From contig OZ024742.1 of the NCBI GenBank assembly GCA_964016885.1, forward strand, positions 35,464,001 through 35,528,000: a DNA stretch of 64,000 nucleotides, given 5' to 3'. The position numbers and the translations under genes were made by a program. This document shows, in pieces, positions 1 to 13,463 of this stretch. Each line of letters begins with the position of its first letter. The stretch's first letter is position 1. The notes under the pieces were generated by a model, which ran no database searches, had not been told where the DNA came from, and saw only the letters and a program-made list of their open reading frames with translations. This stretch comes from Eledone cirrhosa. Taxonomy: Eukaryota.

Positions 1-398
1 TCTCTTTCTCACTCTCTCTACCAACACAAACATACACACACGTATATATATATATACATATGTATGTATATATATATATATATATATATGATAATAAGGG
101 CGCTGCGGAGTTGCAAATGGGTTACATATGAAAAAAGTTTGTCCTTCATCAGTGATCTTCCAACCATCATAGGCATTTCATCGCTTTAAAGACCATATAC
201 CTCCGGTTGGTGCGAGCAACGGCTAAAAAAAGTCGTTGGGACACGTAAATAAAGGGGACGCGAGGGTAAACAAACAAAATGGTGAAGCAGCAGAAAGTGA
301 GGAAGAAGGAGACAAGTCCCAAATTTCTATGAATTTAAATTCGGTGAAATCGTGAACGAGAGAATAAAGACCATCAAACCTGGTTGAAATGTGAGCAA

Positions 399-515
<117 letters not shown>

Positions 516-936
516 GCGGGGGGGGGGGGGAGTGGCAGTGAATGATACAGACATCTTCGGCTGGGGGTCGGAATCGTGAAACGCATAGTCGCTAATTTGT
601 GAAGTTTCTGTTTCAAATAAACACTATTACATGTCTGTATTTTGTTTATTCAAATAACCAGCTTGAATTCTGATTAGAATTTACGTAAATCTCTGAGAGG
701 GTCTGTGTCTGCTCGTGATTAAGTGGCACCTAAAACCCTTAGCGAAAGTGTGGTACATACTATCAAATCATAGTCAGTTGCGCGTGACGGCTGAACATTT
801 ATGTATGTAAATATATTAACTATGAACGTGTCAGTGTTTACTCGTGTCAACGTAGGCACTTAAACTCTTCACAAAATCATCATATCATACATACTACAAA
901 TATTATTCGATTGCGTGTAACGGCTGAAGTTTTGTA

Positions 937-1181
937 TACCGTATTTGCCGGCTTATAAGACGCATGGGCTTATAAGACGCACCTTAATATGGGCAGGCAT
1001 TTAAAGATAAATAGATAAATGGGATTATACTACGAATGCCAGGTGAAGGGTATAAAGTTTGTTTTATTTAAGGGTCACTAGAACTCCACTAACCAGTAAC
1101 CCAAACAGGCTCTTGACCTTGGGTGATTTTCTGGGACATATTTTGGAAAGAAAAGTGTCTTATAAGCCATCAAATACGGTA
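937..1181. mobile_element. Tc1/mariner-superfamily (Tc2/pogo-like) MITE
   Basis: TIRs TACCGTATTTGCCGGCTTATAAGAC / GTCTTATAAGCCATCAAATACGGTA with a TA duplication. Confidence 0.85.
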
Positions 1182-1406
1182 TGTTGATATCTTAGCTATG
1201 AATGAGAGTTCTAAGATGGACCCTTTATAAAGTAGATTATTTTCTCTGGGAGACAAAATTTAGCCTACTTATAATGCCTGGTGTATTGTAATATCTTCCA
1301 GACGACTTTATAGTTCTTAACTATATCAAAATATTCTGTATTGTTGACGTGGTTATTGAACAGTTTTAGTAGACCAGTTCTGTTAATAATAATATGTTTA
1401 ATTATT

Positions 1407-1726
1407 TGAACAGTTTTTACAACTTCCTAGTGAACCAGTCTTGTCATGAACAGTTTTTACAACTTCCTAGTGAAGCAGTCTTGTCATGAACAGTTTTTAC
1501 AACTTCCTAGTGAACCAGTCTTGTCATGAACAGTTTTTACAACTTCCTAGTGAACCAGTCTTGTCATGAACAGTTTTTACAACTTCCTAGTGAACCAGTC
1601 TTGTTATGAACAGTTTTTATAACTTCCTAGTGAACCAGTCTTGTCATGAACAGTTTTTACAACTTCCTAGTGAACCAGTCTTGTCATGAACAGTTTTTAT
1701 AACTTCCTAGTGAACCAGTCTTGTCA
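1407..1726. repeat. 40-bp minisatellite, 8 copies
   Basis: TGAACAGTTTTTACAACTTCCTAGTGAACCAGTCTTGTCA, no spacers. Confidence 0.95.
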
Positions 1727-1946
1727 ATAATGACAGCAATAGAGTTAAAGGTGTGTAATTTTTGGAGCCCAAGATTTTAAGCTAGGCGTAGGTATATAAT
1801 ATACGTTAACATTACTAACGACCCTTACACATGCTGCACATTAAGAAATGATTTAATTAAGAAAGAAATCTGTTTCTTTTAATAATATAGATATCGTATT
1901 CATTACACATTTTTTTCATTTCCAAATATTAATGATATTTAAATAA

Positions 1947-2163
1947 TGGTTTCTTATATAGGGACAAGGCCAACAATTTTGGGGGAGGGGAAAGTCGATT
2001 AAATCGTCCCCAGTGCGTGACTGGCACTTTATTTTATCGACCCCGTAAGGATGAAAGGCAAAGTTAACCTCGGCGGGATTTGAACTCAGATCATAAAGGG
2101 GCGTAACTCTGTGCTGCAAAGCATGGCGTCCGATCCTCTACCGATACTGCCAATCCACCGCAC
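1947..2163 (-). mobile_element. SINE family A copy
   Basis: Reverse complement of the 5090 consensus. Confidence 0.82.
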
Positions 2164-2609
2164 TCATGATATTTAAATAATAAAGTTAAAATATCATTCC
2201 ATTAGATAAGAAAAGATGCTTTGATAATAGTAAAAGATGCCTTGACAATTGCAACAGTGAGGGCGTTGACTGGTTGATGTCAACAAAGAAACCAAACGGA
2301 GAAAGGTACGCTTAGTTGTAGTCATGGTTTCCTGGATACAAAGAGTTACAGATGGAATAATGTATAAGTATACAACTCAAATGGCGTGTGATTATAGTTG
2401 ATACTGTATATAAATCTAAAGTTGTTTCATTTATTAGATCCATGGCTTGAACGTCGGTGAAAGGTGAAGCTAATAGTTGTAATCCATGCAATTTATGTAT
2501 AAAGTAAAATTTAGAACCTACTCTACACTCGTTAGACTAAATTATTTACACAGCTGTGTACCCCTTCGTATGCACACACAAACACGCACACATACACATA
2601 CACACACAC

Positions 2610-2705
<96 letters not shown>

Positions 2706-2910
2706 GTGTGCGTACATATGTGCGTATAAGTATGCCTGAACTCAATAATATGACACTCTGCTCCATTTTCAATTCTCCCTCTTTTCCTTCTCTCTATATC
2801 TACCTCTCTACCCTACACCTTACCCATCCACATACTTACCCACCTCAAGTCTCGATAGTAAACAGTAAACATATTACTAGTCATTAGTGTCAAACTAATG
2901 TCGATAACCC

Positions 2911-3881
2911 TACACCACCACCACCACTAACAAGCACCACTGCCACAACCACCACCACCGCTACCATCATCATAACCACCATCACCACAACCATCACCAT
3001 CACCGGCACCACCACCACCGCTACCATCAACATAACCACCATCACCACAACTATCACCATCACCGACACCACCACCACCGCTACCATCATCATAACCACC
3101 ATCACCACAACTATCACCACCACCGACACCACCACCACCGCTACCATCATCATAACCACCACCACTACAACTATCACCATCACCGACACCACCACCACCG
3201 CTACCATCATCATAACCACCATCACCACAACTATCACCATCACCGACACACACCACCACCGCTACCATCATCATAACCACCACCACTACAACTATCACCA
3301 CCACCGACACTACCACCACCGCTACCATCAACATAACCACCACCACCGACACCACCACCACCGCTACCATCAACATAACCACCATCACCACAACCACAAC
3401 CATCACCACCACCGACACCACCACCACCGCTACCATCATCATAACCACCATCACTACAACCATCACCACCACCGGCACCTCCACCACCGCTACCAACACC
3501 ACAACTACCACCACCACCGACACCACCACCACCGCTACCATCATCATAACCGCCACCACCGGCACCACCACCACCGCTACCATCATCATAACCACCATCA
3601 CCACAACCATCACCACCACCGACACCACCACCACCACTACCATCATCATAACCACCATCACCACAACTATCACCACCACCGACACCACCACCACCACCGC
3701 TACCATCATCATAACCACCATCACCACAACTATCACCACCACCGACACCACCACCACCACCGCTACCATCATCATAACCACCACCACTACAACTATCACC
3801 ACCACCGACACCACCACCACCACCGCTACCATCATCATAACCACCATCACCACAACTACCACCATCACCGGCACCACCACC
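2911..3881. repeat. (ACC/CAT)-rich minisatellite of about 60-bp units
   Basis: Repeating CACCACCACCGCTACCATCATCATAACCACCATCACCACAACTATCACCATCACCGA. Confidence 0.9.
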
Positions 3882-4036
3882 AGAGGTCAACTGTGCATTT
3901 TTACATTTGGAAGTTGGTAAATAAAGAACCAGTCCCAAAGTGGTGGATTGGTGGAATTGTAGGAAGCTCTTGCCTTATCTGTCTCAGCTCTACGTGTTCT
4001 CAGTTCAAATCCCACCGCCTGTCACTAGACGAAATA

Positions 4037-4225
4037 ATTGTTTCTACTTTAGGCACAAGGCCAGCAATTATCCCAGTGTATTACTGGTACTTTATTTTAT
4101 CGACCCCGTAAGGATGAAAGACAAAGTTAACCTCGGCGGGATTTGAACTCAGACCATAAAGGGCCGTAACTCTATGCTGTAAAGCATGGCGTCATACCCT
4201 CTAGCGATACTGCCAATCAACCACC
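4037..4225 (-). mobile_element. SINE family A copy (partial duplicate at about 4430-4505)
   Basis: Reverse complement of the consensus; part of a local duplication 4030-4700. Confidence 0.82.
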
Positions 4226-4754
4226 CACTAGACGAAATAATGACATGATAGGACTAGGGAGCCCTATCCTTAAAACACCCCAGAAAGCTCGTATGAGATG
4301 TAATCTCATAAGAAACCAGTTAAACCCACATAGGTAAGTGCAGTAACAACAACTACAGCAACAGGAAAGGAGTAGGTGGTGGTGGATGTGGTGGAGTTGT
4401 AGTAGTGAAGAGGGTGATTGAACTGAAATAGTTGTTTCTACTTTTGGCACAAGGCCAGCAATTTGTATTACTGGTACTTTATTTGATCGACCCCGTAAGG
4501 ATGAACTTAACTGAAATAATAACATGATACGACTAGGGTGCCCTATCCTTAAAACACCCCAGAAACTACGTATGGCATGTAATCTCATAGGAGATCAGCT
4601 AAACATACATAGGTAAGAGCTGTAACAACAACAACAACAGCAACTACAACAGGAAAGGTGGCGGTGGGTGTGGTGGAGTCGTGGTAGTGAAGAGGATGAT
4701 TGAACCTTTGGGACAGAATCTGATATTCCTATAAACATTGAAAATATATAAAAT

Positions 4755-4962
4755 AATGGTTTCTGATTTAGGCAGAAGGCCAACAATATTGAAGGAATGG
4801 AAAGTCGATTAAATCGATCCCAGTGCATTACTAGTACTTTATTTTATCGACACTGTGAGGATGAAAGTCAAAACTAACCTCGGCCGGATTTGAACCCAGA
4901 CCGTAAAGGGCCATAACTCTATACCGCTAAGCGTGTTGTCTGTCGTTCTACCGATTCTGTCA
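4755..4962 (-). mobile_element. SINE family A copy
   Basis: Diverged reverse complement of the consensus. Confidence 0.78.
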
Positions 4963-5089
4963 ATCCATCACTCTTACTTTTGTCGAGTAAAACGAAAAAC
5001 GAAAACTGCATGAAATAATCCAATAATACACGGCTTGTTTATACAGGTTTATGATTTATTTGTAATTAGTCTTTATTATTTATTTATCA

Positions 5090-5845
5090 GGGCGGTGGAT
5101 TGGCAGTATCGGTAGAGGGTCGGACGCCATGCTTTCCAGCATAGTTACGTCCCTTTACGATCTGAGTTCAAATCCCGCCGAGGTTGACTTTGCCTTTCAT
5201 CCTTACGGGGGTCTATAAAATAAAGTACCAGTAATGCACTGGGTAATTGCTGGCCTTGTGCCTAAAGTAGAAACAATTATTTATTTATTAGGGTGGTGGT
5301 TTGGCAGTATCGGTAGAGGGTCGGACGCCATGCTTTGACGCATGGAGTTACTGCCCTCACCATTCTAAGTTCAAATCTCGCCGAGGTTGACTTTGCCTTT
5401 CATCCTTACGAGGTAGACAAAATAAAGTACCAGTAATGTACAGGGTAATTGCTGGCCTTGTTCCAAAAGTAGAAACAATTATTTATTTATAAGTGGGTGA
5501 ATTGGCAGTATCAGTAGAGGGTCGGACGCCATGCTTAGCAGCATAGAGTTACGGCCTTTACATTCTGAGTTCAAATCCCACCGCGGTTAACTTTCATACT
5601 TACGGGGTCGATAAAATAAAGTACCAGTAATACACCTTGTTCCAAAAGTAGAAACAATTATTTATTTATAAGTGGGTGAATTGGCAGTATCAGTAGAGGG
5701 TCGGACGCCATGCTTAGCAGCATAGAGTTACGGCCTTTACATTCTGAGTTCAAATCCCACCGCGGTTAACTTTCATACTTACGGGGTCGATAAAATAAAG
5801 TACCAGTAATACACCTTGTGCCAAAAGTAGAAACAATTATTTATT
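5090..5845 (+). mobile_element. Four head-to-tail copies of tRNA-derived SINE family A (about 190 bp)
   Basis: A box TGGCAGTATCGG, B box GAGTTCAAATCCC, tail GGCCTTGTGCCAAAAGTAGAAACAATTA. About 20 full or partial copies occur in the window. Confidence 0.88.
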
Positions 5846-6161
5846 TATTTTATATTCTGATTTATTTATTTATTTATTTATATATTTTTGTATTGCATGC
5901 CTAGGGTCGATGGGTGGGGATGGCGGTGCTAAAAATACCCTGACACGGTGGATGGTCTGAAACCAAATTCCTGATTTAGTTCGTTTCTCCATAGACATTT
6001 ATGTCATATTTTCTGTACTGATTTATTTAATAAATTAACTATTTTTGTACATGGCTTGAGTCCATGAGAAGGTCAAGACAGAATCAATGGGCAGAAAAAT
6101 TTGAGGGTCCCTGATCTAAGATGTTCTAGCCATGCCCATCCCATCTTTTTAGAGGTATATA

Positions 6162-6410
6162 GAAGGCGCATGGCTTAGTGGTTAGAGCATTGGGCTTGCA
6201 ATCGAAAGGTTGTGAGTTCAATTCTCGGACCGGGTGATGTGTTGTTTCCTTGAGCAAGACACTTTATTTCACGTTACTCCAGTTTACTCAGCTGTAGAAA
6301 TGAGATAATAGGACTGGGGTCCCTATCATTAAATTACCCAAGACACCTCCAACGAGATATACCTTGGAGGAAGCCAGCTGAACCTGCATGGGTGTGAGCT
6401 GTCACACATA
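6162..6410 (+). mobile_element. tRNA-derived SINE family B (about 245 bp)
   Basis: A box TGGCTTAGTGG, B box GAGTTCAATTC, body CCTTGAGCAAGACACTT, (CATACA)n tail; inverted copy at 8997-9247. Confidence 0.88.
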
Positions 6411-6832
6411 CACATACACATACACATAGAACTACATTATCTAAAGTTTCCAGTTCTTCTAAAAGATGGTATACTGAAACTTGAGGAATGCAGTTCACTA
6501 CTATTTCTAGCAAATCTGTCAGTCAGGAGGTGGTTCACTCTCCAGATTGTAACATTGTTGTTGTAGATGTTGTTTATATTTGATTGAGCAAAACTATGTT
6601 CAAGGGTCTTCCAGTCGTGACCACCTCGTTGCTTTAGAGATTGGACTACATTGCAATTATTTAATGTGTCCTGCTGTCGTTATATATAAAAACGTAAAGT
6701 GTAGCAGAATGGATGTCGTGTGGTGCAGCATCTTGGTGCAATGACGACTAAAACATTTCGTGTAATTACCAACTGCAGTGGAGTGTCTGCATGTGTGCAA
6801 GTACTTACTGTAGTGGATTGTGCAACAAGCAT

Positions 6833-6888
<56 letters not shown>

Positions 6889-6928
6889 TCACTCACTCAC
6901 TCACTCACTCACTCACTCACTCACTCAC

Positions 6929-6967
<39 letters not shown>

Positions 6968-7325
6968 CACACACACTTACATATCAATAACAACCCAACT
7001 TAGCAACTGCAAAGAAATTGTTTATTTACAAACCATTCATCAATATATATGACGTTATTCTGATTGCAGTTATTGCAGCTGCAGCCACAGTGGTAGATAT
7101 GCACCATGTATGCATGTGTTATAGACTTTAGGCCAATCAATAAAATGGCTACACCAGACGTGATACAGCTGCATCATCAATTATATTGTGGTATGTGGTG
7201 TGTTGTGTGGTGTGTGCGGTGTGTGCAGTGTGTGTTTTGTGGTGTGTGTTGTGCGTAGTGTAGTGAGTGCTGTGTGTGGCGTGTGTCGTGTGTGGCTTGT
7301 TGTGTGATATGTGTGTTGTATGTGG

Positions 7326-8552
7326 TACGGTGTCTGTCCCCAAAGTAAAGGTACTGATTTTACTATGTACGATATGGTAACGCAGCACATCGTTAATGTA
7401 TATAGGCGTGTTGGTCCTGACCTTGGCTGCACAGCATATTTTCTACAACGTGATTGATCAAGTCGGTCGTGAGTTATTGCTGTTTATGTATAGACGTGTT
7501 TATAACCGTTATTATGTTTGCGATGCAGTAAAATATCGAACAACGGTACGCGATCAAATTTTGTGTGAAACTCAAATATTCAATTCTTAAGCTTATGGGC
7601 ATGCTACTCTACTGAAAAGTAAGATTTTTAAGAGGCACAAGGCTTTCAAAGAGGGCAGAGAAAATGTTGAAGATGGACCTCGTTCTGGAAGGCCAATCTC
7701 ATTAACAAATGAACAAAATGTGGAAGTGGTAATGGCGAAAGATCACCGATTAAGTGTTCGGATGATTGCAGAAGAACCGAACTTGGATAAAAATGCAGTT
7801 CACAGAATTTTAACAGACCATTTGCACATGCAAACAATTTGGGCAAAGCAGTACCCAAACACTGTCAGGATTTGCTAGAAAGACTAAAAATTGAGTCAAA
7901 TTTCTTGGATAACAGGAGATGAATTATGGGTGTTCGGGTACGATCCAGAGACAAAATGGTAGAATGAAGAGTGGCGCACGAAAAATTCTCCTCATTCGGA
8001 GAAAGCTTGTGTGAGCAGATCCAGGATGAAAACGATGATTATCATTTTTTTTGACAGCAGTGGTATTGTTCACAAAGGATTTTTACCTCCAGGATAGACC
8101 TTGTGGACTCGAACTTTTTACAAAGATGTCTTGAAACGACTTCGAAAACAGGTCCATCGAGTCCGAAAGAACATTGCAGGAGATTGGGTACTGCACCACG
8201 ATAACGTGCCTGCTCACACAGCACTTTCAGTTAGAGAATTTCTGGCGAAGAAAAACATTCCCATTCTTCCACATTCTCGCTACAATCCAGATCTAGCTCC
8301 GTGTGATTTCTACCTTTTCCCTGTGTTGAAATAGAAGTTGAAAGGCCATCATTTTGGGACTGTGGAAAACATAGACAAAATTATAACTGGCGAGCTAAGG
8401 ACACTCAAAAACTCACTTCCGGTACTGCTGCGATCAAAAACGTTGGAATCACTATGTGACTTCTCAAGGGCCGTATTTTGAAGGGTGATAACTTTGAATT
8501 TCATTTACGTCAACTAAAGCATCAGTACTCTTACATTTGAACAAACCTCGTA
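7326..8552 (+). mobile_element. Defective mariner (Tc1/mariner) transposon, near full length
   Basis: Imperfect TIRs TACGGTGTCTGTCCCCAAAGTAAAGGTACTGAT / ATCAGTACTCTTACATTTGAACAAACCTCGTA with TA ends. Transposase remnants WVLHHDNVPAHTA and YNPDLAPCDFYLFP, with multiple stops and frameshifts. Confidence 0.9.
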
Positions 8553-8996
8553 TATTGTGTGTGTTATGTATGGTGTGTTTTGTTGTATGTCTGGTGTGAT
8601 GTATTATGTGGTGTAGTGGTGTAGTGTATGTTTTATGATAAATGTTGTGTTGTGTGTGTTATGTTTAGTGTGTGGTGTGTTGTGTGTGTTGTAGTGTGTG
8701 TTGAGGATAGTCTATTTTATGTTGCTTGGCAACGAGAATAGGGCCATGGACAGTTTCATTTCATCAACTAAATTAAAATATAGCAAGCGCTGTTGTTGCT
8801 GATGTTTTCATTGTCACATTTGCTGTGTTCTTGTTGTTGTTATTGGTAGTAGTGGTAATAGTGGTGGTGATGAAGGTGGCGGTCGCTGTAGTTGCAGTTG
8901 CCGATGTTGTTTATTCTTGAGATCCAGCAAACTCATAATCAAATTGCATTCTAGCAGTGACCATCTCGTCTAGTTTTTGTTTTAGTATATACGTAG

Positions 8997-9247
8997 TATG
9001 TGTGTGACAGCTCACACCTATGCAGGTTCAGCTGGCCTCCTCCAATGTATATCTCGCTGGAGGTGTCTTGGGTAATTTAATGATAGGGATCCCAGTCCTA
9101 TCGTCTCATTTCTACAGCTGAGTAAACTGGAGCAACGTGAAATAAAGTGTCTTGCTCAAGGAAACAACACATCACCCGGTCCGAGAATTGAACTCACAAC
9201 CTTTCGATTGCAAGGCCAATGCTCTAACCACTAAGCCATGCGCTTTC
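8997..9247 (-). mobile_element. SINE family B, inverted copy
   Basis: Near-identical reverse complement of 6162-6410. Confidence 0.88.
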
Positions 9248-9339
9248 ACTATACGTAGTATACAAGGTCGGAAATTAAACCCCCATACATACCCACTAAA
9301 TACACTTCCCAGTGCCCTTGTATTTTTAGCCTTGCTCCC

Positions 9340-9780
9340 CTTCGTCGCGAAAGCAAAGTTATTTCAATCTTTTTTAATTTCATTTGGAGTGAAACCCAGT
9401 TTGTATAGCAGCAAGACATGGACAATCACGAAATAAACAGAAAAGAGACTTGATGGCTACTACACAAGAATACTAAATGTGGTGCTACATGTAGCTCATG
9501 ATGTGAAGTGGCAACTGCACATGACAAACGAATGCATGCATGGACACTTCACAAAAATAAGTGAGACCATCAGACAATGTCAACTCCACCTGTCAAGATA
9601 TGCACAACATCGAGAAGAGGATGCATCAAAGATAGTCATGCGGGATTCTCGACATGGAGTGGGAAGGCGTAGAGGTGTCATGTCATATACATTGATAACC
9701 TGAAGCAGGACACTGATCTGGAATCTATCCAGGTACTGAAGTCGGCAACGATGGACAAAGAAGTTTGATGTCATGTCACA
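9340..9780 (+). mobile_element. RTE-like LINE 3' fragment, degenerate
   Basis: LYSSKTWTITK*TEKRLDGYYTRIL...VKWQLHMTNE, typical of the post-RT C-terminal region. Confidence 0.65.
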
Positions 9781-10439
9781 TACGTTGACGGCCTAAAACA
9801 GGATATTTGACTAATTTGTACAACTTGAAAGGAATGGAGGTCCGTCAGTTTCGATGATGAGAGTTCCAGTTCTCCTATCAACAAAATAGCTTGCTCGTGA
9901 ATTCAACGGTCGAACATTCCACACAAGGATACCTTTAACGTAATTCTCATGGGGACATTTGAAGTACAGATATAATCCACACGGTGAGCTTCCAAACAGC
10001 TTCTGTATACTTAACGTCACTCTCGGACCAAACCGAGGCTACCGTAATTGATACAGCCGCCGTGTACTGTGACCGAACTTAAGGCGTTATCATTGCGAAG
10101 AAACCTCCTTAGCCATTCGATCATGTTGCGTTCACATTTGTACAATGAAGTCTACAGTGTCCACCATGTCATTACTATTTTAAGATTGTAAGGTGTGATT
10201 CGAGGTAAATTCGGTTTGGTTGCTGTTTCTAGCAGGCTGAGTAAATGCCTAGATGCTCCAGTGATGGTTCTGTGTAAATATTTGTATTGGAGAAAGTTGA
10301 AACGCCAAAGCATTTCGGTGTAAAGATGTACACACCCTTCTCCCATTACATGACAGAAATATAGATGACATATTTCACATTATATCAACTAAAATATTAA
10401 CTGGAGAAATTATATACAACTTTAATCCTACATAGCCAG

Positions 10440-11550
10440 TATTTAATGGTTAGGTGTGTGATCTGATGGAGATTTGAGTGTTATTTCTTGTAGATTGAGA
10501 GATCATGCTGTGGCCCTCATCGTCGGCTTTCGCTAAAATTCTGATCTGTGGTTCTTGTCATACAACAGAAAAGGCAACTGTGTGACGTTTTTTTGTGATC
10601 TGAGGGAGGTATGACTGTTATTTTCTGTAGATCGAGAGGCCAAAGAGAGGTTTCCTGTGTTGACACTCACTAAAAATTTGATCTACGACTCTTCTCACAA
10701 CAGAAAATGCAAACTATGTGCGATCCGAATGAGATTTGGCTGTTAACTTCTATAGGTCGAGAGACCATGTTAAGACCACACCCAGTTGAATTTATCTAAG
10801 AATTTTTTTTATCCACGGTTCCTGTCATAATAGAATAGTCATATGGCTACTCCCTTATTTGACTGTACGCTGAGCTATCTGAAAGATATATGGCTATTTT
10901 CTGAAGATTGAGAGACAATGTTGAGGCTTCTTCGTTGGCTCTTGTTAAAAATTAGATCTCTGTAAAAGTTAGATCTGAAGGAGATCTGGCAGTTAAATTC
11001 TACATGTTGAGAAACCATTCTGAAGCTACCCCCATTTGATCTCACTAAAAAATTGATCTTTGGTCACGCAACAGATTTAGTAAACTATTCACATTCTGAA
11101 GATTTGGTTCTTAATTTCTGTAGGTCGAAAGATCTTGTTGAGGGCATTCACATCTGATCTGTGGCTCTAGTCTCAACAGGAAAAGCAAATATGTGTTTTC
11201 TGATTTAACCCTTTAGCATTTACATTACTCTATATTTTCTATTGTATTTTCACGGTAAAAGCTTTACCTTATATACTTATCTCTCATAATATCGAATCTA
11301 TGAGATTTTGATGTTATTTATTTTGAGTACAATACCTTAACATCAGTATGAGCAGCCAGGTACAGCCAGTTTGAACAGAAAGAGATGAGAGAATTCTGGC
11401 CGAATATGGCCGGTTTAAATGCTAAAGGGTTAAGATGATGTGTTATTTGTGGGATATTTGACTGTTATTTTCTGTAGACTGAAATACAATATTACAGCTT
11501 GTTTGTTGGCTCCTGCTAAAAAGAAAATTGATCTACGGTCCTTGTCACAC
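10440..11550. repeat. Old, diverged tandem array of about 120-bp units, interrupted by the piggyBac MITE
   Basis: Recurrent GATCTGA...GATTTGGCTGTTATTTTCTGTAG(A/G)TTGAGAGAC...AAAATTGATCT...CACAACAGAAAA, about 7 units. Confidence 0.65.
11205..11433. mobile_element. piggyBac-like MITE
   Basis: TTAA-CCCTTTAGCATTTA...TAAATGCTAAAGGG-TTAA; second copy at 40657-40884. Confidence 0.88.
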
Positions 11551-12259
11551 AAAATATTAGGCTTTGCCTACCCCCCCTCCCCACACACACTTCAATAGTA
11601 TCCGCCAGATGTTAATAATAAAGCTACCCAATATCACACTAAACTGACTGATAACCTGCACCCGGTGACATCTCCCACTACAGTTGCTTAAGATACGGAT
11701 CTGTTGAGAGTCCCGGTGGAAGTGGCGAGGATGGGGGTTGATGATAGTAGTGGTGTTAATAGTGTTGTTATTATTGTGGTTCAGTGCCAGTTATACTTTG
11801 ATAGCAGAGAATCTGTAGAATCGTTAGTACGCATGACAAAATACATTGCGGTAGTTGTTCCGGCACCACTGACAATCATTACTCATTTATATCTCTAGTA
11901 GCTAGTTTATCTGTAGTTTATTGGTCTAAAGGGGCACAATTCAGACTGAACTAAACAAGTTATACGCAGCGATTTTGTTCGACACACCGATTTTATTGAT
12001 TCTAACCCGAAACAAACATACATACATACATACATACATACATACATACATACATACATACATACATACATACACATTATATAGAGGGCTGGTATTTGAT
12101 CCCACATGTTTCTCATTTTCCTTTTCTGTATTTCTTTTTTCGACTGCTTTTTTCTTCACCCAAATCGTCCGACGAAAGACTAGTATCCGAAACGATAAGA
12201 CTCTTTTATTACACCTTTCAACAAATATACTGTTATTCTGTGTGTATATGTGTCTATGT

Positions 12260-12388
<129 letters not shown>

Positions 12389-12715
12389 CTTAAATGTGTT
12401 CCACCTTTCGTGGTAGGGTCTATACCGTAGTTAGAACTCAATGTAATCCATTAACAAGTATTTCAGTGAGATCCAGAGATTGATCCCGTGTTTCGCTGAG
12501 TCAATCCTTCAGATACAGAGTCTGATATATTAGATATTAGTTTAACAATGATAATAATAACAAAGGCAAGTTATAATACATATTTCTTTCATTGTTTTAC
12601 GATCGCTTCGGTGGGTTGATCATATTGATATATTGACTGATCTATAGCAGTTGGAGAACTGTATACTATCAGACATAATATATGGGTTCGATCATACCGT
12701 CTTCTTCGGAAAACA

Positions 12716-12831
<116 letters not shown>

Positions 12832-12987
12832 GTATGCCAAAATTAGCACTCGATATTCATCAGAATAGAGTGTAGATATTAGCAAGAAAACCAAAAATAG
12901 GACCATGACTCGAGCTACATGCCGGCGAAACATTTGTAACACGAAATAAACTAAGTCCAGATGCATCACGGATTTTTCGTTTTCTTG

Positions 12988-13090
<103 letters not shown>

Positions 13091-13283
13091 GTAAATAAGG
13101 CGAGAGAGAGTGATTGAGAGAGAGTGAGTGAGAGAGAGTGAGAGAGAGAGAGAGGAGAGAGTTGAAGGCGGTGTTCCAGCATGACCGTAGTCTAATTACT
13201 GAAACGAGTAAATGAAGAAAAGACAATATACATACCACACGCACACACAGACACACGCACACACGCACACACGCACACACACG

Positions 13284-13314
<31 letters not shown>

Positions 13315-13352
13315 AAACACAACCCATTACCCGAATATGAAGAGTGACTTAC

Positions 13353-13463
13353 CAAGAACTCCAGGTGGACATGGCTGAATGTCATGATACCCAGCCTGTG
13401 TATCAAACCATAAAATACCACTGCCATCGATGGGGTCAACTTCTTCGGGACAATGTAAAGAAT
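13353..13463 (-). CDS. Exon of adhesion-GPCR-like gene: hormone-receptor motif (HRM), N-terminal half
   Basis: Acceptor ttttgtttatttttcag|AT and donor CTTG|gtaagt; 111 bp, phase 1 to 1. Translates (D)SLHCPEEVDPIDGSGILWFDTQAGYHDIQPCPPGVL(G), matching the HRM pattern C...GIxWxxTxxG.....PCP.G..G. Confidence 0.85.

Noticed and set aside
1407-1726. CRISPR-like regular repeat
   Set aside because: Units are contiguous with no unique spacers, there are no cas genes, and the context is eukaryotic; it is a minisatellite.
2890-3938. Gly-rich (GGYDDGSGGGG)n structural-protein-like ORF
   Set aside because: Triplet minisatellite with a frameshift near 3250, no signal peptide and no convincing splice sites.
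6162-6235. tRNA gene
   Set aside because: The A and B boxes belong to the head of a multi-copy SINE; no complete cloverleaf.
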